Of a stretch of DNA of 64,000 bases, positions 25,576 to 38,357 are shown piece after piece. Origin of the DNA: Lytechinus pictus (Eukaryota); assembly GCF_037042905.1 (NCBI RefSeq), contig NC_087259.1, positions 15,872,001 through 15,936,000 of the forward strand, read 5' to 3'. Position numbers and translations under genes: made by a program. Positions within the stretch are counted from its first letter, which is position 1. Each line of letters begins with the position of its first letter. Under the pieces are notes generated by a model. That model searched no databases and was not told the origin of the DNA. It saw only the letters and a program-made list of their open reading frames with translations.

Positions 25576-28500
25576 TCACTTGCTAGATGGACATATATAT
25601 GACAAAAGATGATCCGCCAGATTCTGCGAATGCATCCCGACCGGATGGGTCCGGTGTGGAAAGAGCTGTGCGTTCGTCATGTCCCACGAATCTAGGAACC
25701 CAACGCGATCGTACCCAGACAGCACACGTCTTAAGATCTCATTAAGGTACCTAACGTACCAGTCACTACTGTACACAATACTCTCCAAAGTGTCCATGTT
25801 TCCTGTATTAGGACTGTTAAAGACCACAAGCGTTCTCGGGCTACGCTCGTGCAATCTCTTTACCGCTTCCACTACGGTTTTGATACGTTCTTCGTAAAAC
25901 GAAGCGTTGTGCGGAGTGAAATATCTCCACATCGATATGATGACGGCGCTGTCGTCTCCGGCTTGCATGTCGTCGATGGTGTTCGCAAGATACTGGATAT
26001 TCTGGGTGTCGTATATGGAATCGTCCGCGATGGGGTACCCGTGCGTACGGAATATGAGGTTGGTCTGATGTTTCTTGTCCACGGCTAGAATCGGAGAATT
26101 CTTCCCCGTGAAGAATAACTTCCGGTCGTTGAAGATCTCGAAGTTTCCTTCCAGACGATCCAGGAAGTAATTGAAAAGATGTTTCACAGTCGTATCCCCC
26201 ATGAAGAAGATGGTTTTCTCGCGCAAACATTCGACAGTGGCGCCGCGAGACGAGGAAAAACGCATTATATGGCAGTATGGCGATCTCCAGTCATCGTGTG
26301 CGTAATATCCCGAGAAGGCCGAGCTGTTGCCATGGACACCAGGTTTGCACGGAGGTAAGAATTGCCTCCTGTGCTGTCGATCGGGTTTCACTGTGAAAAA
26401 TAGGATTTAGAAGAATAAAGTTACCTAACAAAAAAAATATTGAGGCAAAATAGGTTTCGTTAAACCGTAAGGCATAGCCTTTATATCTAGCCATTAAGAT
26501 AAATACAAGAACTTTTAAGATTAATACAACCATTTGTTTTTACAAGTAACCGTTCTCTTAATCACATCATAATCAGTGATATGATGGGATTGGAAAAAAT
26601 GTATATCCAGAGTCTCCAATCTTCAGTCCAGTGATCAAGAAACACGGATGTACAGACCACCACAGGCAGCAAACTTTGTGACTTATCAATTGGCTGGAGA
26701 AAGTCCACAGGAGTGGACGAATGCTCGCCCCCAATAATCATTAAAGTTGGTTGAAGCTTAAAAATTATCTAAATTTATCATCTGATAAAAGTTGTCTGTA
26801 TTACCTTGGATTGTATAGTCCACTGAATGTAGTTGATTCAACGTATTCGCCGAATACCTGTGACGTGAGCAATATAGTGTTCCAAAGGAGTTTAATATTG
26901 GTTATGTCGGTGGTCCGATGATTATTAACGGATTTTCGCAATCATTACCCATCCTCTTTCTACAAGGCATCAATTCATTTGAAAATGTAAGTCAAACCAC
27001 AATGGACAACTGATAAGTTTTTGTCGAAAGTTGGTGGACCGGGACAGCAGATCGTCCGAAGATTTAAAAAAATTGCAAATATGTCGTTTGTCCAGAGTCC
27101 AGGATGACACTGCTGTTTTGATTCACCGATTTTTGATAGGGCTGCTTTGTCATTGAAGGCCTTTGAAAAAAAAAAGATTCTCTGCGTAGTGATTGCAAAA
27201 ATTCCTTATTATTCAGACATCAGGGACCCATTTTATAAAACTTAGTATGAGAACAAATTTGGAATAACAGTTTAAAGCGACTGAAATCGTTCAATTTGAT
27301 TGGCCGGTGGTAAAATTGATATAGAAAATGTGCGTCTGGTGTTATAACAAGTCTTTACGAAATGGACCCAGGTACATAAGCAGACTAACTACAATGGCTC
27401 TACATTTTTCGGAAAATCGAAACAGATTTCACAATGAATTCGAAAATCATGAGTAATCATTTTCTTTACAAGTACTGCGTATATTAGTAAACGCTTCCGA
27501 ACCAAAGTGGACTATTAAATCAAAATCAAATGAGATAATTAATCATTTTATTTAATTAATGTTTATCCTTGAACCCCATTCATCATTGCTGAAAATAATA
27601 AACGGTTCTCTAAATTATATCATTTATTGACCATGTTGAAGTATAATAAATTGCGTAGTATCATGTAAAAAATAATCATTTTAAGCTCTAACAAATGATA
27701 TATGTTGTACCATTCTTTTTATGTATTTATTAATTCCAGGGATTGATATCATGATATGATATATGATAATTTTTAAGGAAAATATTACCATTCGAAACTC
27801 ACATCTGTAATACTTTTTTCTCCCTTTCTGTAAATGACGTCATCATATGTACATTCGCTGAGCGAGAGTCGCTCCTGTATCGACACCAATGCGAGCAGTC
27901 CAGGCCCTCTATGGTGGGATGGTGACAGTACCAAGAGAGTCGCGTCCGACGGTCAGTGAATTTGCATATATGTTTGGTCTTTAAAAGGGAGAGAAGCACA
28001 AACGTAATTAAAACAATATATTAGAAGAATCTGTGAATTCACGAAAGATAAAAATGAATCGAATCCAACATTTTCAATGGATAAACCTCCAGGAAGCTAC
28101 TCCTTGGCCCCGTCTTACAAAGAGTTACGATTGATCCGATCAACCTCAAGTATATGGAAATCCATCAATGTCATAATTTTTTTTAAAAGGAAATTTGCAC
28201 AATGTCATTTGAAAACAAAGAGAAGCATCCTGAATTGTCAAGAAAACAATGAATGTATGAATATACATCATGTCTAGAAAGTATTTTGAAGAGACATGTA
28301 TTTTAGATGTTGACGTTGCTGGCTTTCCATAGTTGTGATTGATTGGATCAATCGTGACTCTTTGTAAGACGGGGGCCCCTGGACCGTGTTACATAACGCC
28401 TAGCAATTGATTGGGAGATACTTTTTACGATTGATTACATTAATTATTGTGTATGGTCATACGTAGAAATCAGCCCCTTGATCAATTATTTTGCTTTATG

Positions 28501-31500
28501 TCAGGGGGGGGGGCAGCGAAATAGAAAGGAATTCTTTAATAAAATAGACACAAGTATATCGTCCTATCATAGAAATAGTTGATAATGTAAAAAAAACCGT
28601 TTATAATGCGACATCGAACTTGTGAGACGTTCTTTTGAATCAAGAGATCATTCGTTTGAAAGAATTTAGGATACATCAGCAATTTCTCGTGAAACACATA
28701 CTCTTCTCTCAAAACAAATAGATACATCGTCAACATTTCTCCAGATAGATAGATCGTCAACATCACACCAAAAAGATACATCGTCAACATCATATCAAAT
28801 AGATTCATTGTCACCATCACATCAAATAGAAGATACATCGTCATCATCACACCAAACAGATACATCGTCAACATCACACTAGATAAATACATCGTCATCA
28901 TCACACCAAACAGATACATCGTCATCATCACACCAAACAGATACATCGTCAACATCACACCAAACAGATACATCGTCATCATCACACCAAATAGATACAT
29001 CGTCATCATCACACCAAACAGATACATCGTCAACATCACACCAAACAGATACATCGTCAACGTCACACCAAATAGATACATCGTCATCATCATACCAAAC
29101 AGATACATCGTCAACATCACACCAAATAGATACATCGTCATCATCACACCAAACAGATGCATCGTCATCATCATACCAAACAGATACATCGTCAACATCA
29201 CACCAAATAGATACATCGTCAACATCACACCAAACAGATACATCGTCATCATAACACCATACAGACACATCGCCATCATCACACCAAACAAATACATCGT
29301 CAACATCACACCAAACAGATACATCGTCAACATCACACCAAATAGATACATCGTCATCATCACACCAAACAGATACATCGTCAACATCACACCAAACAGA
29401 TACATCGTCATCATCACACCAAATAGATACATCGTCATCATCACACCAAACAGATGCATCGTCAACATCACACCAAACAGATACATCGTCAACATCACAC
29501 CAAACAGATACATCGTCATCATCACACCAAACAGATACATCGTCATCATCACACCAAACAGATACATTGTCATCATCATACCAAACAGATACAGCGTCAC
29601 CATTACACCAAACAGATACATCGTCATCATCACACCTAACAGATACATTGTCATCATCACACCAAACAGATACATCGTCAACATCACACCAAACAGATGC
29701 ACCGTCATCATCACACCAAACAGATACATTGTCATCATCATACCAAACAGATACATCGTCACCATCACACCAAACAGATACATCGTCATCATCACACCAA
29801 ACAGATACATCGTCACCATTACACCAAACAGATACATCGTCACCATTACACCAAACAGATACATCGTCATCATCACACCAAACAGATACATCGTCAGCAT
29901 CATACCAAATATATACATCGTCAGCATCAATCCAAATAAAAAACATTGGTGTGATAGTGTAGTAGGTTTCATGGAACACCATGTATCTTTCTTGGGCTTG
30001 GGCAAGTGTTAGTCCTGAAAAGAACCACACAATTTCCCTTGCCCAAGAAAGATACATGGTGTACCGTGAAACCTACTACACTACTTCTTCGCCATGGAAA
30101 CCTTCAGAAGGTACATCGGTTTGATGTTTAAAATGTATCTATTTTGTGTAATAGAGACGAAGTATCTTCTCTTTGGTGTGATATTGACGATGTATCTTCT
30201 ATTTGTTACGATGTTGACCATGTATCTTCTATTTGGTATGATGTTGACGATGTATCTTCCATTTGGTGTGATGTTGAACATGTATCTTTTATTTGGTATT
30301 ACGTTGACGATGTATCTTCTATTCAGTGTAATTTTGACCATGTATCTTCTATTTAGTATGATGTTGAAGATGTATCTTCTATTTGTTACGATATTGACGA
30401 TGTATTTCTATTGGGTATGATGTTAACGATGTATCTTCTATTTGGTGTGATGTTGAACATGTATCTTTTATTTGGTATTACGTTGACGATGTATCTTCTA
30501 TTCAGTGTAATGTTGACGATGTATCTTCTATTAGGTATGATGTTGACCATGTATCTTTTATTCGGTATGATGTTGACGATGTATCTTCTATTAGGTATGA
30601 TGTTGACCATGTATCTTCTATTCGGTATGATGTTGACCATGTATCTTCTATTTGGTATAATGTTGACGATGTATCTTCTATTTTGTATGATGTTGACGAT
30701 GTATCTTCTATTTGGTGTATTGTTGACGATGTATCGTGTATTTGGAGTGCTGTTGACGATGTACCTTCTAATTGGTCTAATGTTGACGATGTTCCTTCTA
30801 TTTTGGTGTGATGTTGACGATGTATCTAGCACTTGGTGTGATTTTGACGATGTATCTTTTAATTGATGTAATGTTGACGACGTATCTTCTATTTGGTGTA
30901 ATGTTGACGATGTACCTTCTGTTTGGTGTATTGTTGAAGATGTATCTTCTATTTGGTGTAATGTTGACGGTGTATCTGCTATTTGGTATGATGTTCACGA
31001 CGTATCTTCTATTCGGTATGATGTTGACGATGTATCTTCTATTCAGTGTAACTTTGACCATGTATCTTCTATTTAGCATGATGTTGACGATGTATCTTTT
31101 ATGTGGTATGATGTTGACGGTGCATCTTTTATTTGGTATGATGTTGACGATGTATCTTCTATTTGGTATGATGTTGACGATGTATCTTCTATTTGGTATG
31201 ATGTTGACCATGTATCTTCTATTTGGTATAATATTGACCATTTATATTCTATTTGGTATGATGTTGACCATGTATCTTCTATTTGGTGTAATGTTGACGA
31301 TTTATCTTTTATTTGGTGTAATGTTGACGATGTACCTTCTATTTGGTATGGTGTTGACGATGTATCTTCCAGTTGGTATGATATTGACGATGTATCTTCT
31401 ATTTGGTATGATGTTGACGATGTACCTTCTATTTAGTATGATGTTGACGATACATCTGCTATTTGGTATGATGTTGACGATGTATCTTCTATTAAGTATG

Positions 31501-34500
31501 ATGTTGACGATACGTCTTCTATTTGGAGTGATGTTGACGATGTATCTTCTATTTGGTAAGATGTTGACGATAAATCTTCTATTCGGTATGATGTTGACGA
31601 TGTATCTTCTATTTGGAGTGATGTTGACGATGTATCTTCTATTTGGTATGATGTTGACAATGTATCTTCTATTTGGTATGATGTTTACGATAAATCTTCT
31701 ATTCGGTATGATGTTGACCATGTATCTTCTATTTGGTGTAATGTTGACGATTTATCTTCTATTTGGTATGATGTTGACGATGTATCTGCTATTTTGTATG
31801 ATGTTGACGATGTATCTTCTATTTGGAGTGATGTTGACGATGTATCTTCTATTTGGTATGATGTTGACAATGTATCTTCTATTTGGTATGATGTTCACGA
31901 TAAATCTTCTATTCGGTATGATGTTGACGATGTATCTTCTATTTGGTGTAATGTTGACGATTTATCTTCTATTTGGTATGATGTTGACGATGTATCTGCT
32001 ATTTTGTATGATGTTGACGATGTATCTTCTATTTGGTATGATGTTCACGATGTATCGTGCATTTGGAATGATGTTGACGATGTACCTTCTAATTGGTCTA
32101 ATGTTGACGATGTTCCTTCTATTTTGGTGTGATGTTGACGATGTATCTAGCATTTGGTGTGATTTTGACGATGTATCTTTTAATTGGTAAAATGTTGACG
32201 ACGAATCTTCCAGTTGGTATGATATTGACGATGTATCTTCTATTTGGTATGATGTTGACGATGTACCTTCTATTTAGTATGATGTTGACGATGTATCTTC
32301 TATTTGGTATGATGTTGACGATGTATCTTCTATTAAGTATGATGTTGACGATACGTCTTCTATTTGGAGTGATGTTGACGATGTATCTTCTATTTGGTAA
32401 GATGTTGACGATAAATCTTCTATTCGGTATGATGTTGACGATGTATCTTCTATTTGGAGTGATGTTGACGATGTATCTTCTATTTGGTATGATGTTGACA
32501 ATGTATCTTCTATTTGGTATGATGTTCACGATAAATCTTCTATTCGGTATGATGTTGACCATGTATCTTCTATTTGGTGTAATGTTGACGATTTATCTTC
32601 TATTTGGTATGATGTTGACGATGTATCTGCTATTTTGTATGATGTTGACGATGTATCTTCTATTTGGTATGATGTTCACGATGTATCGTGCATTTGGAAT
32701 GATGTTGACGATGTACCTTCTAATTGGTCTAATGTTGACGATGTTCCTTCTATTTTGGTGTGATGTTGACGACGAATCTTCTATTCGGTATGATGTTGAC
32801 GATGTATCGTCTATTTGGTATGATGTTAACGATGTATCTTCCATTTGGTATGATGTTGACGATGTATCTTCTATTTGGTATGATGTTCACGATGTATCGT
32901 GCATTTGGAGTGATGTTGACGATGTACCTTCTAATTGGTCTAATGTTGACAATGTATCTTCTATTTAGTATGATGTTGACAATACATCTTCTATTTGGAG
33001 TGATGTTGACGATGTATCTTCTATTTAATAAGATGTTGACGATGAATCTTCTATTCGGTATGATGTTGACGATGTATCTTCTATTTAGTATGATGTTGAC
33101 GATGTTTCTTCCATTTGGTATGATGTTGACGATGTATCTTCTATTTCGTGGGATATTGACGATGTTTCTTCTATTTGGTATGATGTTGACGATGTATCTT
33201 CTATTTTGTATGATGTTGACGACGTATCTTCTATTTGGTGTAATGTTGACGATGTACCTTCTGTTTGGTATGATGTTGACGATGTATCTATCTGATGTGA
33301 TGTTGATGATGTATCTATTAGTTTTGGGAGAAGATCACGTGTTTCACGTAAAAATGCTGATGTATCCTAAGTTCTTTCAAACTTATAATCTTGGCTCAAA
33401 ATATCTCACAAGTTTGATGTCGCATTTAAAACTAAAAAAAAGAACTATTTCTATGATAGGACCATATGCTTGTGTATAGTATATACATTGTCAACACCAT
33501 ACCAAATAAAAGATGCACCGTCAACATCATACTAAAAAGAAGAAACATTGTCAAAATTTACAAATGTGTTTATTACCAATTGAATAAGGCATCGAGAAGA
33601 GACTGGAGGGATAGATGGGGCAGAAAATGTCAAAGGGTAACGGTTTTTAGAACAAGCAGATGGAGGAAATAATTGTGCACAAAAAAAGAAGAAGTAAAAA
33701 AAAACAGCAGAGGAAGAGAGGTCCAGTGAGCAAGGGTATGCCATAGGGTGGAGGAAGGGGAAATCCTCTTCTATTATTTTTCAATTTTACAATAGGGAGA
33801 GGGAAAGGAAGAGTAAAGAAAGAGAAATATAAATCGAGAGGTCTTGGTCGTGTATAATAACGTCACATATTGGCATATTTGCTCTCCCTCGCCATTAAAA
33901 TAACACTGCTCCTTCCAGTGAGTTTGGGCTATCTGAGAAAAAACGAATAATTAGAGATGAAGAACGATATAAATGAATGACCCCGTGGTAGAGTGTAAGA
34001 AAAATAAATTGGTTAACAGGTAACTGATTTGTGACACTGGAGACCCAATACATCCTATCATGGTGCATTTATTCCGTACAAAATAATATTTTGTTTGTCA
34101 TTATGATGTATAAAGAACTCTTTTTTCCTTCATATTTTCATCACTTACAAAATGCTCAAAATATGCTTCAAAGTCTTTCTCCGCAAACGGGATCTCGATA
34201 GTTAAAGCCACTTGTTTGTGGGTTGCCATGTATATAAACCATAATTCCGACTTACCGCTTGAGACAAAAAGACATTACATTCCCTCTCTTCTTGGACCAC
34301 CCCTTTATCAGAGCAGAATATTCCTTTGTAGGAATACCTCGCTCGCTGAGACTGGCTTTGCTTTTGGAGAACTGACACTGCTTCGCTTGGGTGCACCAGA
34401 TAGATTCGTATCACCATCTGCAATTATTTCAGAGATGTGATATCAAATGCTTGTTGGGGGGAGTTTAATTATGTTAATACATTTCTGGCTAGAACCAGCA

Positions 34501-37441
34501 AATTCTATCGCATGTTTGTTCGATCTTAACTGTACAGTTATAAATTTTTTTTTGAACCATGGGGTTTGAACCTCTCATCTATTGAGTACCGGTCAGCGAC
34601 TGTACCACCATACCGTCACTATTCTATGGCACTATTCTATGAAATAGGAACAAACTAATTTTATCCTGACAATGGTATGGAATGCTAAAGGCTTATTGCG
34701 GAAGTTTAATCATATAAATTCATTTCTGGCCGGCACCCAGTGTATGGTATTGCATATTCGATCTGAAAAAGATTCAGAGTTATGTCATAGTTTTATGAAT
34801 AATAATAGTTTTTATCCAGCAACGACTATTTAGGTTTATTCGATTCCAAGCCGCATAATTAAATCTAATAGAACCAGAAAGTGTCAATGAGGAACAGGTA
34901 TAGTTTGAAATAGGGGTATTATTTCAATTAACATTCTGAGGTCTCTACAAATGTTGTGACTCTCAGACTCTTTCAAATTAAATTTGATTTGGATAGGCCA
35001 CTCGTGTTTTGGATTCTAGAAACATGATGTTGTGTACTTGTGATGATCTTAGACTTAGGGGTGGTGTATGGGCCCGTTTCACAAAACTTCTTACAATAAC
35101 AAATTTGTGATAAGAGTTTAAAGCTACCGAAAGCATTCAATTCATTTGGCTGATAAACTTGTTATAGGAATTGTGCATTTTTTATTAGAACTAAATGTTC
35201 TTTGTGATACGGGACCATTGTGATGTATTCGAAAGTAGTTCATCACTTGAAATATTTTGATTCAATGAAGTAAAAATTAAAATATTTGGAAAGGAAAATC
35301 GAAGAGTTTTGAATCTTTGAATAATAACACTTAATAATCGGGATTGGGAATCCATTAAGGATTGAATTCAATAACTGATATTAGATTAGATGTTTAATCG
35401 TGTATCATTTATATTATTTTTTATTTTCCTTCATAGTGACAATATCATACCTCTCCTGGCCACTTTAAACTGAACGTTGCCGTGTACGTTCCATCACCGT
35501 GGTCGTCGATCTCGCCATCGGACATCGACGACTTCGTATTTCCTTTGTGATCGTTGGTAATAATCCGTGCGCGGAAGTAATCCCCGCCATATTTCTTTTG
35601 TTCGTTCCGGCCGTTCCTTGCGGTTATCTTGACCTGAATACGATCACAAACGTGGTAGAATTTCTTTTTATCGATGACTTCAAACGTTGAGTTTACCCGA
35701 CTGGTGATATCCGACTCGAGAGTCCAGTCGAACGGTTTTATCAGAGGAAGCCTTTGTTTCACTTCCGATGTCGGTTCGATCCGACAAAACCGCATGGTTG
35801 TGTTCATGAGGCGGATGAAATCTTCTTTGTTTTGAAGTGACAAAGGACTGGGTTTTGTTACATCATGCTAGAGATATAATAGGAGTTATAAAAAATGATA
35901 AGGGTACATTTTACCGATTCAGATTCGGAATAAAATTTATTAAATGTCACACATTCCACTTTCAAAACTGCAATTTAATGTTCCAATAACTTATCCCTGT
36001 TTGACATCATCAACGATTCCAATACGCAATAAATGATTATTTTCGGCAATGTGTTAAACCATAAATAGTAATCATTACAAACAATACACCACTACACATA
36101 TCACATCACGTCACAAATTACTTTCGATTAGCTTATTGGCAATACCTTTATTGCGTAATCCTCTATGGTGAAACATCAAACAAAATATATTAATCAAATT
36201 TTGATTGTAAGGTATACTGTTGTATCGATTGCAAGTATCAATATGATTGCTGAAATGCTCATATTATTATCCGGAAGAGTGTCCAAGCAAGTCAAACACT
36301 GCACGAGATTTCCTGTTCCTGTTGCTTGTTTGTAAAATGTTCTATCAAACATAAATACGATTGTAAACGCAAAAAAAAAAAAAAAAAAAAAAAACAATAC
36401 ACCACTAACTACATGTTATTACTCCATCCGCATTTTCAACAGGGTTATTTCATCAACAAAAGTACATAAGCATACTAATTATGGGCATCATCTGACCATT
36501 CTTAATTTCTGTTTTATCCGTCTTTGGCATTGGGGGTTATAGTTCGATTATCATTGCAAAGACAGGAATGGATTTAAAAAATCAAAATTACTGAAAGGAA
36601 ATCGACAAGAAAAGAAAGGAAACAATGTTATTGACTACATATAAATTATCTGTGTTGCCATTCTCTTCCAATCTCCCTAAACTACTTCCCAATTAAATAT
36701 TCAATTTGCTCATTATTCATCCAATTAATGGCGAAAGGGAGCATTGCATGAATTTTCCTCTTCATGTTATCTGCAATTCCCTGCACGTAGTGGCGACACC
36801 AGCGGAGCAAATTGGCGTTTTTCATTGAATATGTTATAAGCTACTGAAATCGTCGCATCTGATCGGCTCAGAGCAAATCTGACAGTGAAAATTACTGACA
36901 GGATACTTCATGAAACGCCTCATATGGTTTTAAAAGTACGCGGGTGCTAGTGGAGGGCAAATGAAAATGTCGGGGGTAGTGGTAAAGTTCGCGTTACAGC
37001 GAAATACGAGCGCAAAGCTATATGCGAGCATCAGTGGCGGGAGTAGGAGCTACTTTTGGCCCGTGGTGTCCGATGGGCCTGCAATTAGGCAAAGCCACAT
37101 CAACATTAATAGATATATATACCTTATTACAGAGGTAAACTTGGCATTCTGAATAAGTAACATCTAATAAGATTGCGTAATCAGGTACAACAAGAATGGG
37201 GTTTGTGAAACCCCTAATACCACACAGAGGCAATAAAAAAAATTAAAATGAAATACATATATGCATAATAATTTCTCACCCTTCCCTTGACGACATCGAG
37301 CTTATCTTTCCCAGGCTGGAATACCTTGGTGGTATCATTATCACCTCTCGACCACATCAATATGACGAGGACAACGACCACGCCGACTGCCCAAGCAACA
37401 ATTCGATGCGACCGAACACGAACCATTACTTCGTTTAACAT
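25576..37441 (-). CDS. NXPE family member (neurexophilin/PC-esterase domain, NXPE3-like), about 579 aa
   Basis: Six phase-compatible GT-AG exons: 37441-37325 (type II TM anchor), 35867-35451 (KKYGGDYFRARI, IDDHGDGTYTATFSLKWPG), 34417-34256 (LVHPSEAV), 27978-27803 (WYCHHP...LDC), 26857-26805, and 26390-25576 (CKPG...SGYY, CLREKTIFFMGDTT, FRTHGYP, FLDSWDMT...HP, LSYICP). Confidence 0.92.
28106..28378 (+). mobile_element. MITE family A, copy 4 (NXPE intron 3)
   Basis: TIR cccgtcttacaaagagt...actctttgtaagacggg. Confidence 0.88.
28717..29935 (-). repeat. 27-bp tandem array, about 45 copies (consensus + strand agatacatcgtcatcatcacaccaaac)
   Basis: Directly visible periodicity; it produces the long repetitive ORFs (MMTMYLFGV)n and (DDVSVWCDD)n. 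Confidence 0.97.
29955..30083. repeat. Central hairpin with 43-bp arms (41/43 complementary)
   Basis: tagtgtagtaggtttcatggaacaccatgtatctttcttgggc (29955-29997) vs gcccaagaaagatacatggtgtaccgtgaaacctactacacta (30041-30083). Confidence 0.93.
30120..33320 (+). repeat. 30-bp tandem array, about 105 copies (consensus atgttgacgatgtatcttctatttggtatg), with higher-order blocks
   Basis: Directly visible periodicity. The reverse complement of the 27-mer differs mainly by a 3-nt insertion. Confidence 0.97.
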
Positions 37442-38203
37442 CCCTGGTACGACCTCGATGAATAGTAGAAAGATTGGGAGACTAAGGATGTCATAAACGA
37501 GTATATAATAATGCGATACGATTACATTTTCACAAACTGAATAACAATCTTTACACATGTCGTTTCATTGCGCATTTCTTCAAACTTTATCTTATATATG
37601 ATATAGATGCTACATCTCTATAGTGCTTGGAAATATTCCAGAATCAACTCTATTTGAATAAATTGATGTATTTTATTTCTTAATTTCATTCTTCATATAG
37701 ATACTTTTATTTGGATATGTTTAACCAAAGACCAAGAGCTCTGTTGTCATCTATTCTCTTTTACGTAAATATATAGACATTGTGGTAGATTTGTACTGGT
37801 CAAGTTATCAAATAATTGGCGATTCGTACGTGTCGTACAGGACATTTCGATGAAAAATTATAGTATCATAGCTGATTGCTTGAGCAATAAAATCTTATTT
37901 TTCGTCAATGATAAAGTTATAGTGGGTAGTAATGTGAAAATCTGATAACCAACAAAAAATATGTGATTACGGGTGAATTAAAGGTGAAAATGTTGAGTGT
38001 CGTATGGGACTCAGAAATGTCCTGTACGACACGCAACATTTTCACCTCTAATTTCCTCATGGACAACATATATCTCTTGGTTGTCAAACATGATTACCCA
38101 ATAGTACTTAATTGTTACCACAAAACAAATTGAAGTTCCTTGTTTGTTTGGACAGCAGGTTGAAAAATGTTGTGAAAAAGGCAGATTACCACCACCACCA
38201 CCA

Positions 38204-38357
38204 NNNNNNNNNNNNNNNNNNNNNNNNNNNNNNNNNNNNNNNNNNNNNNNNNNNNNNNNNNNNNNNNNNNNNNNNNNNNNNNNNNNNNNNNNNNNNNNNN
38301 NNNNNNNNNNNNNNNNNNNNNNNNNNNNNNNNNNNNNNNNNNNNNNNNNNNNNNNNN
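38204..38357. other. Assembly gap (154 N) inside a (CCA)n/(TAC)n microsatellite
   Basis: Run of N flanked by accaccacc and tactactac. Confidence 0.99.

Larger units (their letters stand above)
28544..33478. mobile_element. Foldback-like giant inverted repeat in NXPE intron 3
   Basis: About 170-bp unique ends in inverted orientation (28544-28716 vs about 33310-33478; e.g. gtcctatcatagaaatagtt / aactatttctatgataggac), internal tandem arrays on opposite strands, and a central hairpin. Confidence 0.8.

Noticed and set aside
28536-30057. 489-aa (MMTMYLFGV)n and 392-aa (DDVSVWCDD)n ORFs, plus similar ORFs across 30094-33479
   Set aside because: They are by-products of tandem units whose length is a multiple of 3. 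Several frames on both strands are open, the 30-mer array has frameshifting 29/31-bp units, and the region is an intron already bridged by phase-compatible NXPE exons.
28717-33320. CRISPR-like appearance of the regular repeats
   Set aside because: Units are contiguous with no unique spacers, the context is eukaryotic and intronic, and there are no cas genes.
36935-37080. Possible extra NXPE exon after a good minus-strand acceptor (ttgcag)
   Set aside because: Stops occur in all three frames, and the flanking exons already join in phase 0.
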